A stretch of 63,954 nt of DNA, the filler included, from Lenisia limosa (lineage: Eukaryota; Protista; Breviatea): NCBI GenBank assembly GCA_001655205.1. It is 18 parts of 18 records of this genome, joined end to end, with 100 filler letters (N's around TTAATTAATTAA, not from the genome) between each part and the next. Parts side by side here need not be neighbours in the genome. Positions count along the whole stretch, not along the records: positions 36,679 to 40,308 come from LPNZ01011494.1; positions 40,409 to 46,319 come from LPNZ01011539.1; positions 46,420 to 50,411 come from LPNZ01005571.1; positions 50,512 to 53,137 come from LPNZ01010720.1; 14 more parts are not named here. One strand, given 5' to 3'. Below the pieces are notes generated by a model. The model ran no database searches, was not told the DNA's origin, and saw only the letters and a program-made list of their open reading frames with translations. A program made the position numbers and the translations under genes. Below, piece by piece: positions 39,091 through 50,561 of this stretch (position 1 is its first letter; each line of letters begins with the position of its first letter).

Positions 39091-39303
39091 TATCTCTTAT
39101 AAGCGTGATGGTGTCGACGGCATCAGCCAGATACAACCTTGTTTAATTTCTCATCTCTACATAGCATATGATATGGTACACTGAATCATATAGTGGTAGC
39201 GTGCAATACTTGTATTTATCAAAGCCCTGGCTCAATATAAAAATGCAAACATATAGCTATCTATGATATATTATTATAAAGATTGGAAAAACAAGGTTGT
39301 GTC
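39091..39303 (+). repeat. Family H repeat (GGC-NNNN-GCC hairpin arm) with a short inverted partner
   Basis: TCTCTTATAAGCGTGATGGTGTCGACGGCATCAGCCAGATACAACCTTGTTT, with inverted AAACAAGGTTGTGTC at ~39288. Other copies at 333-372 (-), 18199-18245 (+) and 24065-24115 (-). Confidence 0.7.
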
Positions 39304-39319
39304 TCCAATCATACTAATG

Positions 39320-40125
39320 CTTTGGTCGTAGTAAATGACAAGAATCGAGGTGTTGGGTGTGAAGACATCCAAAAAGGCAGTGAACTTATCGGTGGATATT
39401 GACAGGCCTGCGAAGTAAGAGGGATATCGGGTATTGCGGATGAAGATTATTTTCTGATTTATGTGAGGTATGAAAGAACAATCCTCAATTTCGTTACAAA
39501 AAAGGAAAACATTTCATCTGTTGGTATTGTTAAGAACAGCTAAGGGCAACAAAGAAAGGGGTTGTGATACTTAATCGACAATTCCACTCAATTACATTCT
39601 TTCAAGGTGCAATGTTTGTTGGTGGGGGGGGGGGNNNNNNNNNNNNNNNNNNNNNNNNNNNNNNNNNNNNNNNNNNNNNNNNNNNNNNNNNNNNNNNNNN
39701 NNNNNNNNNNNGAGTTTGAACTGCTTCACGATATTACTCACCTTGGAAAGTAAAACGAGAGGGTAAAAATCATAAGTCAAGACTAAGGTTGGCTGATAAC
39801 ATGTCATGGTCATACCTTCTCAAATCTGTTTACATCTCGATGCTCCGCGGTACTGTGGTTGGCAACCTGGAGGAATGTAGCCCTAGGTGTAATTAAATAA
39901 TCATGATAAAACACTATGAATAACCTTTCTGTTTCACAACACACCTCTCCAATATATAATACAAATTGTATAATTTATGTAACTTCTTGCCCTCCCCCCC
40001 TCCCCTCTACAAAGTAACAGAATATCACAATCATTGCATAATAATGTGTATTAACCCCCCTCCCCCCTCCCCCCACCTCTCGAAAATGACGACCTCAGCC
40101 GCACCGGATGCGATGCAGAAACCTG
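39320..40125 (-). CDS. Exons of a hypothetical, possibly beta-propeller, protein
   Basis: GFCIASGAAEVVIFER|VANHSTAEHRDVNRFEK|VSNIVKQFKL...SLSISTDKFTAFLDVFTPNTSILVIYYDQSI. Family uncertain. Confidence 0.4.
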
Positions 40126-40410
40126 ATAAGGCCTTCTTCAACACCTCGATTTTGGGGATGAGGGTATAAACGATGTTGGACCACGCCTATATGCGAGTCA
40201 AAAAAATATCGCGGTTTGAAGCAGGGTTTCAAATGGGAAAGTTGTCTCGGATATCCGAAGCACGCTATTCTTTACTGTGCGTCGTATTGAACGTGAATCA
40301 CGCCACTTNNNNNNNNNNNNNNNNNNNNNNNNNNNNNNNNNNNNNNNNNNNNTTAATTAATTAANNNNNNNNNNNNNNNNNNNNNNNNNNNNNNNNNNNN
40401 NNNNNNNNTT

Positions 40411-43400
40411 ACAAGGCCAAGCTTCTTCAAGAAGTGGAGGCCGCTGAGGCTGAGAGGCGTCGTCAACTAGAAGAGTCCACTATTGTAGGTGTGTGGTTGT
40501 AGTTAACTTTTTGCTGTTGTTTAGCTCAAGGTGAAAATCGCCAAAAGCAAAAGAAGAAACCTCATGGTTTGTTGTATTTTCCTTTTCCCGCTTGATGCTT
40601 TCCTGCATTACCTGTTTGGTCTATTCTTACACACCTAGCAAGAACCCACAGGATTCACCCAGTTGCTGTCGATAAGCCTCGGCGAGGTATGTTGGCATTA
40701 TTATNNNNNNNNNNTCCTAATGGTATAGACGTTCAAGGTGAAAATCGCCAAAAGCAAAAGAAGAAACCTCATGGTTNNNNNNNNNNNNNNNNNNNNNNNN
40801 NNNCTATAATGGTATAGACGTTCAAGGTGAAAATCGCCAAAAGCAAAAGAAGAAACCTCATGGTTTGTTGTATTTTCCTTTTCCCGCTTGATGCTTTCCT
40901 GCATTACCTGTTTGGTCTATTCTTACACACCTAGCAAGAGCCCACAGGATTCACCCAGCTGCTGTCGATAAGCCTCGGCGAGGTATGTTGGCATTATTAT
41001 TCTTGTTGAGATTTAACCTTTTACTTTTCCGTATCACATGTTAATTAATAGCACAATTTTCCTGTCATATTTCGCGTGTTTTCTTTGAAAATCCTCACTT
41101 CTTTAGGAAAAAAGAAGTCTCGTTAACTATTTGTCATTTTTTTTTTGTTTGTTAGTGAGTCTTGATCTGTACATGTATATTTTGAAAAGAGTTTTGATTT
41201 ACATTTTTGGCCTGAAAGTTTTGTNNNNNNNNNNNNNNNNNNNNNNNNNNNNNNNNNNNNNNNNNNNNNNNNNNNNNNNNNNNNNNNNNNNNNNNNNNNN
41301 NNNNNNNNNNNNNNNNNNNNNNNNNNNNNNNNNNNNNNNNNNNNNNNNNNNNNNNNNNNNNNNNNNNNNNNNCTACATTAATAGTAGCAGTAAACAATAC
41401 AAAAAATAAATAAAAAAACATAAAAAAACATAAAAAAAGGCAATTTTTTTGATCACCAAGTGATCATGGTGATCTTGTCTAAAAATGCGTTTTTTTGACA
41501 ATTTTTCTTTGTAAATCATTACAAAGTATAGATGGGGTCCCTCAGCATGCGTTCAATTTTCACTAAAATTGCGCCACGCCTGCGCGCAGTTTTCTTATCT
41601 CAGAATTTTTGATTTTTTTTGTTCTCTATAACTTAGTTAACCAGTGTAAAACAGTTAGATATATATATTTAAGACAATTGGCACATTTCAGCTCCCAAAA
41701 GACTGTTTCTTTCATCCTCTGTGGCCCTCCTTGGAAAACCTTTAACAGATCTCGAAAGGTAAGAAATGATCTGCTCTCCCCTTCTTACTTTTAGGATTCT
41801 GAATCAGTATCATGTCAACTCGTGGGCGCAAACCTGCAAAAAATCACTTCCCTGTCACCCTTNNNNNNNNNNNNNNNNNNNNNNNNNNNNNNNNNNNNNN
41901 NNNNNNNNNNNNNNNNNNNNNNNNNNNNNNNNNNNNNNNNNNNNNNNNNNNNNNNNNNNNNNNNNNNNNNNNNNNNNNNNNNNNNNNNNNNNNNNNNNNN
42001 NNNNNNNNNNNNNNNNNNNNNNNNNNNNNNNNNNNNNNNNNNNNNNNNNNNNNNNNNNNNNNNNNNNNNNNNNNNNNNNNNNNNNNNNNNNNNNNNNNNN
42101 NNNNNNNNNNNNNNNNNNNATGACAGTGGCGCTTTCATCTTTCATGGAGAAAGAAAGGAAGCCAATTGAAAAAGTTGCCCTCAATGAGGCCGAGGAAACC
42201 TGTCGGAAGTTGCAATCTGTATGTGAGTTTGTTTATTTTCAAATAGATTGACAACATATTACTTTTCTAATTACCTTAGCTGGGTATCTCAATGAAGATT
42301 GAGAATATTGTGAGGAAGCTCCAGGAGAATGATTCAATGGGAAGAGGATCAACAACGAAAGCCAAGGCCATTAGAGCTGAAGCCAAGAAGCGTGTTCCTT
42401 CTGACTTGGATTTACAGCGCCAAGAAAAAACACAAGTATGGCTTCATTTATTCATTTGATTACTTACTAGTGAAAATCTGTAGTCGGTTTTATTATTGTT
42501 TCCTTTTGTTCCACTAATCAATGAAGCCTGAAAGTACCCTTATCATGGCGCACTAGCATTCGTGTAGCTAAGAAGATCAAGTTTGCCTCAGATTCCAAGA
42601 CTGCAGTTGACGCCAAGATGAAGGCCTCAATCAAGGCGTATGGTGTTGCAACCGCTGCCGAGGAACTCATCAAGACCCAAGTAACTGCCCTTCGCCACAA
42701 AATGGACAGAGGTGAAGACAGTGGTAGGAAGTAACTTTTTATTATTATACCAGTTTTTGTAACTATTTAAAACCCATCTTATTCATTTGTTTGATTTTGT
42801 CAAGTCATTGCAAGCCTCAATGAGCCATTTCCAGTTGAGCTCAAGTCATATCAGGCGGAGGCTGTGAAAACAGTTGATAATTACAAANNNNNNNNNNCCA
42901 GATATGCTTATTGTTGTGATAAATATTGTTTGATATTAAACTCACTTTGTCTTATGATTTTAGTGTATCCATCCATCTCCTTCAACTACCGAAATCCTCT
43001 CAATCATGGAATCATGGGTTTATTCATTGGAATGTTCAGCTCCTGACGTGTCAAATGAGAATCAACGCATCCTGTTTTATGATGAGAACGCGTGGATGAA
43101 AGGCGTGTTCAAGGACATGAAAGGTGATCCTATGGCCTCCGCTGTCACAGTTACTTCGATGTCTGGTGAGATTGTTTCCTCTGGTATCATTGTTGGATCT
43201 CCCCAGTTTGCCACGGCTGGAGACAAGCGAGAGAAGAAGGCAGCCCCATCAACCAAACCCTACCTGCCGAAGTTGTCATCTGCCGACACCCCTGAAGCCA
43301 AGAAGATACTCGAATGGATGAAGAATAACAACCCAATGGAGACGCCTGTCCTCTTTCCCCCCAAACCTGAATCAATTGAGGCGGCTGAAGATTGGAACAT

Positions 43401-43745
43401 GGTGGCAATTGGTGTCAACAGCAGTGCGTATTTTTCCACGAAGCCTTCTCTCCGATGTTTGAAATCCGTCTGCCGCAACAAGCGCTCTTCTTGCCATGAC
43501 CCATCGTCATGATCAGAGATGGGGCCCGCATTCAAGCGACCATTGAAGTATGATCGTCCATTGTCCTTCATACACGTACCTCCTAACCACAGAGTAGCTA
43601 TTTTGGCTCCAGGAGAGGTGGGTGCGCGTTTTACTGCTTTGACATCTATCTGACTTTCTTTTTTTCGAAGTTGAGTAATTACACTTAGGTTGTGTGCCAC
43701 ACCACTGATGTGAAGGAAAGCTCTCTCCGCCAATTGTCTTGTGAN
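40411..43745 (+). pseudogene. Short-intron gene of unknown family, copy 1 (stops/frameshift)
   Basis: NEAEETCRKLQS|LGISMKIENIVRKLQENDSMGRGSTTKAK...RVPSDLDLQRQEKTQ|PESTLIMAH*...AVDAKMKASIKAYGV...|LNEPFPVELKSY... then a long exon with an in-frame TGA at ~43510. Confidence 0.6.
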
Positions 43746-44193
43746 NNNNNNNNNACCATTCGAAGAGGTTTGCAAGTTGAGTTTTTGTAGACATGTTCAC
43801 ATTGCTCTATTACTTATAGTTCCCAGGTAATGCTTTAAGTAAGGTCGATAAAGCAAAACGGCAAGCGGTGAAGGCGGAAGCAAGAGCCACAAAAAAACAG
43901 AAGAGGAATAAATGAGTAAGCATACTATCTGTTGACAATGGCTTTATTGATTGAATGAATCTCTTGTGACATATTATACTCATCTATTTAGGTGTCTTTG
44001 AGATGTTTCTCTATAATTTGTGTGTAATTGAGGTTAAGTTGTAGGTTTATAAATATTATTGAAGAGTACTATCTGAACCTTCTTTTTGTTGCCTTCAGCC
44101 AGACCATTTTTATGTGCATTTTAACAAGAAAATCGGATGTTTTAAGAAAATGGTTGTATTAGAAGTAAAAAAGGATCATTCAGNNNNNNNNNN

Positions 44194-44915
44194 TAATTAA
44201 TGACGGTATTTAGGACCGATGATATCACATATGTGGGTCCTCAAAGCTCTGGACAGCATTCAAAATTCACCGGACACATCAAAACTCCCGGACAGCTTAA
44301 AGTTGACCCCTTGTATGGATCAAGGGTAGTGTTTAATACAAAACTGGTTCGACAGATATATAGAGAAAATGACCTCTTAATGTTCCCCAACTTTTTTTTT
44401 CAATTTTGAGCAAGTGTCAAAAATCCATGAATTTGGTCTCCGGGGGTGGCCCCTTTTGCCTTTTCACGGGATTGTTTTTTAAAATCTATCCCTCTTTTAG
44501 TGTTAAGAAACAAAAATTTGTACCTTCGGAGTAATTGGTTATGGATTCCCCCTTGCTTTGGTTATGTGATGGTGAATTTTGAGAGAAAAAAGTTCAAAAT
44601 AGTGCTTTCTACAAGGTCAAACTTTCCCGGATAGTTGCCATTTATCCTTGAATGTGGCCGATTATGACGGTTTTGGTTACTTTTGGCAGTTTAAGGGCCG
44701 CAAAAGGGTAGCCAAGTGACTTAATTTGGGTTTGAGCCAAGAATATGTAAAAATCGCATTCAATCCTGTGATTATGACTGAAATTACTTTCGAAAATAAC
44801 ATGAAAATGCAGTTTTTATACAAGCTGTCTGGGAGTTTTGATGTGTCCGGAGATTTTGAATGATGTAAGGAGCTTTGACAAAAATTGCTCACGGTCCTAA
44901 ACGGTGTCATTAATT
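44194..44915. mobile_element. ~720-bp non-autonomous foldback DNA element with ~110-bp imperfect TIRs
   Basis: Left arm AATTAATGAC..TTTAGGACCG...CAAAGCTC..CATTCAAAATTCACCGGACACATCAAAACTCCCGGACAGCTT. The right arm (44822-44915) is its reverse complement. TTAA lies at both outer ends. Confidence 0.75.
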
Positions 44916-45399
44916 TCTGAGGCATCTAAACTTCCAAAAATCTTCTTTTAAGTCATCATCCGTTATTTTTACGTACATAACTATGATGTGAACAAAGAAA
45001 AAGGGAAGACAAAAAAAAAAAAAAGGGTTGATCACNNNNNNNNNNNNNNNNNNNNNNNNNNNNNNNNNNNNNNNNNNNNNNNNNNNNNNNNNNNNNNNNN
45101 NNNNNNNNNNNNNNNNNNNNNNNNNNNNNNNNNNNNNNNNNNNNNNNNNNNNNNTTAGAGATAAAGAAAAGGATGTCATTTGGGTAAGGTAAAATTTGGG
45201 AATCTGCGCGCCACCGTGGCGCAACTTTTCTCTTTTTGCCATTATTTTTCTCTTTCAAAAACCTTTTTAGTTGGATTAAGCGTAGTAGAAGATCTTGTAT
45301 TATTATAATATACGTATTAACCTCACTTGGAATTAGAAAAACCTCCTCTTGGAAAAACCGTTTTGTTTCAGTGCCGATTTTCCTGAGCTTGGGAATGCC

Positions 45400-46319
45400 T
45401 GGGCTGGTGTTGACAAAGATTAAAATGAGCCCATCCTTACGTCCAGAGGAACATTTACCTCAAGAAGGCAATTGAGGCGTACTTAGCTTCAGATGCTGAC
45501 TCAGAACAGCCTAAAATAGCATTCCTCGATCAACCTTTAAGAAGTGTCTTGTGAAATTTGTTCACCACCGTGTTGTGAGAAACTCCCCAGAAGATTTTGT
45601 GTTCTTTGGAGACAGAAAGGGACGGAAACCACTCACACCAGCATCAGTCAAAGAAGCTGAAGAAACTTGCCGAAAGTTACAATCGGTAAGCCTTTTGATA
45701 TGTGTACATATTTTTCTGGAAATTTCTTAAAACTTAGCTCGGTGTTCCAATTCAGCTCGAAACCATCGTTGCCAAACTTCAAGAAAATGACGCTATGGGG
45801 AGGGGATCGGCAACCCAGGCAAAGGAAATCCGCTAGAAAGTTCAGAAACGTGTTCCCTCAGACCTTGATCGTCAACGGCAAGAGAAAACGCAGGTTAGTA
45901 CAATGATGGAGTTATATTAGTATTTTGATTTAAAGAATATGATTTTGTTATTCAGTTGCAAGAGAGCTATTTTGAAGGAACTGAAATAAGGGCTTTATAT
46001 ATTAGTTGCGATTGTAACTAATCCCCTTTGTAGCCTGAGAGCACACTGAAAATGGCTCGCCTGAACAACGCTGGACTTCGCAGTCTGCAAGGTTACTTCT
46101 CGTGATGCCAAAACTAAGGCTGCAATCCGTACTTACAGTGTTGCTGTGAGTATGGAAGAGGTGGTCTGGGTCCAAGTTTTTTGTCTAAGTTCAAAAATTG
46201 ACTCCAAAGACGAAGACGGTTTGTCAAGAATTTTCTTTCACAGCAATTTACAAATATATTATTTTATTGTTTCCAGCGAGTCCTGCCCCCATTCCCTTCC
46301 CAACTGAGCTAAAGCAGTA
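45400..46319 (+). pseudogene. Paralogous copy 2 of the same short-intron gene
   Basis: KEAEETCRKLQS|LGVPIQLETIVAKLQENDAMGRGSATQAKEIR*KVQKRVPSDLDRQRQEKTQ|PESTLKMAR...DAKTKAAIRTYSV...|ESCPIPFPTELKQY. Same intron positions as copy 1. Confidence 0.7.
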
Positions 46320-47752
46320 NNNNNNNNNNNNNNNNNNNNNNNNNNNNNNNNNNNNNNNNNNNNTTAATTAATTAANNNNNNNNNNNNNNNNNNNNNNNNN
46401 NNNNNNNNNNNNNNNNNNNTTTAAAAAGTGGGTACGGTTATGTGGCTGGGTACGGTTATGTGGGGTCACCTATATGTATTTATTTAGAATATAGTGATTT
46501 AAGGATTATGATAATATACTTATCATGTCTAGATTATAATATAATGATTTAGGGATCATGCTAGCATAATTTTTATTCTCAATTTCTTTTCGGTCCGATA
46601 TCCTTATTCTTTCAGGGATTACAACCTCAAGAAATGACCAACGGGGTGATTCACGTGGGTCTGGCCTGGGTACCATAAAAAAGTAACAAACAATATTTAC
46701 CAAAAAAGGTAAATATGATGTAATATGTATATTATGAAAAAAAAAATAAGAAAAAAAAAAGATTGGTTAAATATGTATCATAAAATATATAAATAATCTA
46801 GTATCAGCGCACTGAGCACACCAAAAATTACAATATCATGTCTGTATAATATGGAAAAAATGAAAGTTAGGAATATGAAATCTTTTGGTATCATTCTCCT
46901 TGGTGTTGTTTTATCGTTATCCTTGTTTATCATCATTCTCCTTGTTGTTGTTGCTGTTGTTTTCATTACCCTTCGGTGTTGTTGTTGTTTTTCATCATCA
47001 TCACCGTTACAACCATCATCATCATCACCATAATCATCAATACAGCCTCCAGCACCACAACAAACAAAAGCTGAAATGGCGAACAGCAACTATGTACCTC
47101 CCCCCTACGACCAACCCCAAGGCGCCCAAAACCCCGCATATGCCCCGATGGGCACAGCTCCGCGTAGGTCATGGTTGCTAAGATTCATATCCACAATCAT
47201 CCAAACTAAAGAAAAATAGAATAACGTTATTATTATCCGTATTTTCCACGGGTCCAAACTGGTTTCAATTATTAGGAAAAATGGACTACATTATATTTTT
47301 CGTTGGGCTTTGTGCAATTAATTGAAAAAATTATTTTAAAATCGGACATATTACAACGAGAACTCTATTCCAGACACTTTAATTTCTAATTTTGCCAATT
47401 AATTTCCTCAAAAAATTAGTTGCACTGAGTGCTAACTATTATACTGTAAAGGGAAATAATGTTGGCAATATTAAGTTCGTACTATGATGCAAAATAAGTT
47501 CATACTCTGATATAATGATGTAAGAGGCAAAACAGTTGACAATCATATGGAAACAATCATCCTAAACAAAAGATAACAACATCCCTACTCCCTTGTTTTC
47601 AATTTTCCTTCACTATCTCAATTTTCCTTCACTATCTTAGCCGCTGATGAGACCCTCCCCGATTACGACAACATTTTCTAGGGATTTTTTCATTCGTATT
47701 TCTTGGCTGGTGTTATTATTGCGCTGGTGTGAGTTTGTTTATGTATTGAATC

Positions 47753-48006
47753 TAGGGCGTCTTCCTTGTGGTCCCAAAAAAAGACCGGATCTCTCGATAA
47801 ATCCTCGATAAATTTTGATTCCAACTTTCAATAAATTTTGATTCCAACCCCCAGTTTTCAACAGATTCCAAGTCGATGCCCGGTATTGGAGTAAGAAGCC
47901 AGGGAAACAAATAAAAAATACCTTGGGATACCATTGAAAAAATTATCAACCTTTCTTCCCTCCTGACTAAGGCTTCACTTCGGTTCGAAAAAAGCCGGCA
48001 AAGCCC
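47753..48006. mobile_element. Two partial family-M MITEs
   Basis: 47753-47812 (left arm plus core) and 47967-48006 (internally deleted). Confidence 0.7.
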
Positions 48007-48359
48007 TGTTCAGGATGCAGGCGACTCTAGTAGGTATATCATAAACAACAATGAGACGTTCTATAGGATTCCCATGTAAAATATTTTGATTCCAGTTTCT
48101 AAGAATTCAGACGACGGCGTAGGATATCTCCAGTCTACAATTAGGGGTCCGGAATTCCCTAAATTTCCCTAAATTTCCATCAAATTCCATAAGTTTCCCA
48201 TGAGAAATGTGGGGATTTCCAACTTCTTCAAAATAATCCCAAGTAGATGCGCCTCAAATGAAAATAAAACATACATAATTAATAAATAATAAGAAACAAT
48301 ACACATAGCCTCGAGAGGGGAGCGTGCAGCAATAATCTCCTTTAATAACCAATTGATAC

Positions 48360-49352
48360 AATCCCTGGACCGGTTGGGAAGACTTCCTTGATTTCATTTG
48401 GAGAAACATCGATGATGTCAGCAATCTGATCGGGGAGGAGGGTAAGTAAAATGGAAAAATTTATGAAATAAAATTTTTTTTAGCCCAAATCAACTCTGTT
48501 GGCTGATAACACACGAGGGTTGATAACAACAAAACAAACAAACAGGCCAGTCNNNNNNNNNNTGGTAAAGGTACTAATCATGAACCGAATAATCTGAAAC
48601 TCCAAACAAACAATAGCAAACACAAGCAACCAACACTACTTGACAAAAACGACAGACACAAAAATAAAAACAAAAACAAGCCCGAGAATTGGAAAAAATT
48701 ATGAAACCAAAAAAGCCCAAATCAACTCTGNNNNNNNNNNNNNNNNNNNNNNNNNNNNNNNNNNNNNNNNNNNNNNNNNNNNNNNNNNACACGAGGGTTG
48801 ATAACAACAAAACAAAGCCCTGGTGGTAGCGCTAAAAAGTAAAAGAGGAGGAAATAACCAGACAAAAAGAAAGAAAATCTGATCAGATTGTAAGAAGAGA
48901 AAAGAAGAAAGAAATTAGAGAGAGGAAGTGGAGTTCAAATATTCAAATCCACAGATTTTATAAATAACACTATAGAATAGGTTAGCCCCCCCACCCCCCA
49001 AGTACCGTTTGTCCTGCCTCCGCATTGCACATGGAGTTGGCGTAAGAAAGATGAGTTGTAATACCGAAAAGTCGGCTTGGGTTACAGTCTGGGGGTGTTA
49101 CAGGTTATATGTAAAGTCAGTGTGGCGAGGAGGGTAAAACTGTGAAACAAAAAAGCACATACAATAAGTAGTCGGGGGTGGGTGGGAAGGGTTCTAATCC
49201 TTCCAAATAAGGAAATAACCTTTCCATAAAAGAAACCTTCCAAATAAGGCAGTGATCCCACCCTTGATAAGGAAGCCGAAATTGGTTGGGAGGACATTTG
49301 TCGGGTTTCGTCCAGATGTGCATTTGGCTTGGAGGGGCGCGGTAATGTCAAT
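48360..49352 (-). CDS. Three exons of a hypothetical protein
   Basis: Phase-compatible IDITAPLQAKCTSGRNPTNVLPTNFGFLIK|DCNPSRLFGITTHLSYANSMCNAEAGQT|IADIIDVSPNEIKEVFPTGPGI. Confidence 0.65.
48440..48820 (-). repeat. Element array A-B-A ending at an acceptor
   Basis: Two A copies around a B copy; ends TTTTCCATTTTACTTACCCTCCTCCCCGATCAG| exon. Confidence 0.9.
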
Positions 49353-49364
49353 CTGGGGGATGGT

Positions 49365-49575
49365 GGTAAAACGAAGGCAATTTTGAAGAAGATGCATAAA
49401 AGTACTAATTAAGAACCAAATAATCTGAAACTGCAAAGAGAAAAACAAAAACAAAAACAAAAAACTAAGTAACAACAAACACGAGCACCCAACGCTAAAA
49501 CAAGACAAAAACCAGATGACAAAAACACAAAAACAAAGCCCGAGTCGTAAAACGAAGGAAATTCCAATGAAGAAT
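49365..49575 (-). repeat. Element array B-B ending at an acceptor
   Basis: ...TTTCAGATTATTTGGTTCTTAATTAGTACT...AAATTGCCTTCGTTTTAC-CACCATCCCCCAG| exon. Confidence 0.85.
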
Positions 49576-50561
49576 ATTAGAAAATGACATATCATAATGC
49601 ATGTATTGAAATCAACTCTATGAGCTAGANNNNNNNNNNNNNNNNNNNNNNNNNNNNNNNNNNNNNNNNNNNNNNNNNNNNNNNNNNNNNNNNNNNNNNN
49701 NNNNNNNNNNNNNNNNNNNNNNNNNNNNNNNNNNNNNNNNNNNNNNNNNNNNNNNNNNNNNNNNTAAACACCCGGCCAAGATCTGAGTGATTAACAACAC
49801 GTGTTTTAAAATCTAAAGAAGTAGACTGCACCTATCTTATCAACTACTGTATCATATCACTTTTTGTATCATTTTCACAAGTCTGAATTACCATTTTCCA
49901 GGCAATGCTATGATACCACATATCTACTCCTATGACAATTGACCGACAAGTCACAATGATACTCTGGTACACTCGGGATGAACCCTCGTGTTATCTTCGT
50001 TCACAATTTCGATTAATTTCATCTCTGTACTTTAATATATTGTCGGTAGAAATCGATAATTTTCGAAGATTTATCGAGAAATTCAGTCTTTTTTCGAACC
50101 AGTGTTAAGCCCTCGTTATATGTAAATTATGACGAAAACCCCGACCTGTGATCATGATAGAGGCATGGAAATTGGCCACAATTTTGATCACATGCCCTTG
50201 GAAATTCGTGGCTGAACTGGCCTAAAATTGTCAGAATGTGACCGTACCGGACACGATTGACTCAACATATATACGTTGTATACGTATACTATGTACATAA
50301 TAAATCGACAAAGCTATATATACATGCATATAGATATAGATATCAATATATACATAGGTGACTATACATGAACGCGAACACTCCCATGAACGCGAACGCT
50401 TTTTAGAAACANNNNNNNNNNNNNNNNNNNNNNNNNNNNNNNNNNNNNNNNNNNNTTAATTAATTAANNNNNNNNNNNNNNNNNNNNNNNNNNNNNNNNN
50501 NNNNNNNNNNNTTCTTTGGGAAATCAAGACTTAACCCGGTCACTGTCCCCCCCCCCTCTAC

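Noticed and set aside
6780-45840. Stop-codon reassignment suggested by in-frame TAG/TGA (near 6788, 24705, 42550, 43510, 45838)
   Set aside because: Conserved genes (dynein-2, DGAT1, TAM41, PTEN-like) have no internal stops, the Trp codons I read there are all TGG, and the 831-aa ORF is stop-free. The stops co-occur with frameshifts in decayed copies.
46778-47089. ORFs over TTG/ATC triplet repeats and other short ORFs spanning N-runs
   Set aside because: Low-complexity or gap-inflated ORFs with no splice or homology support.
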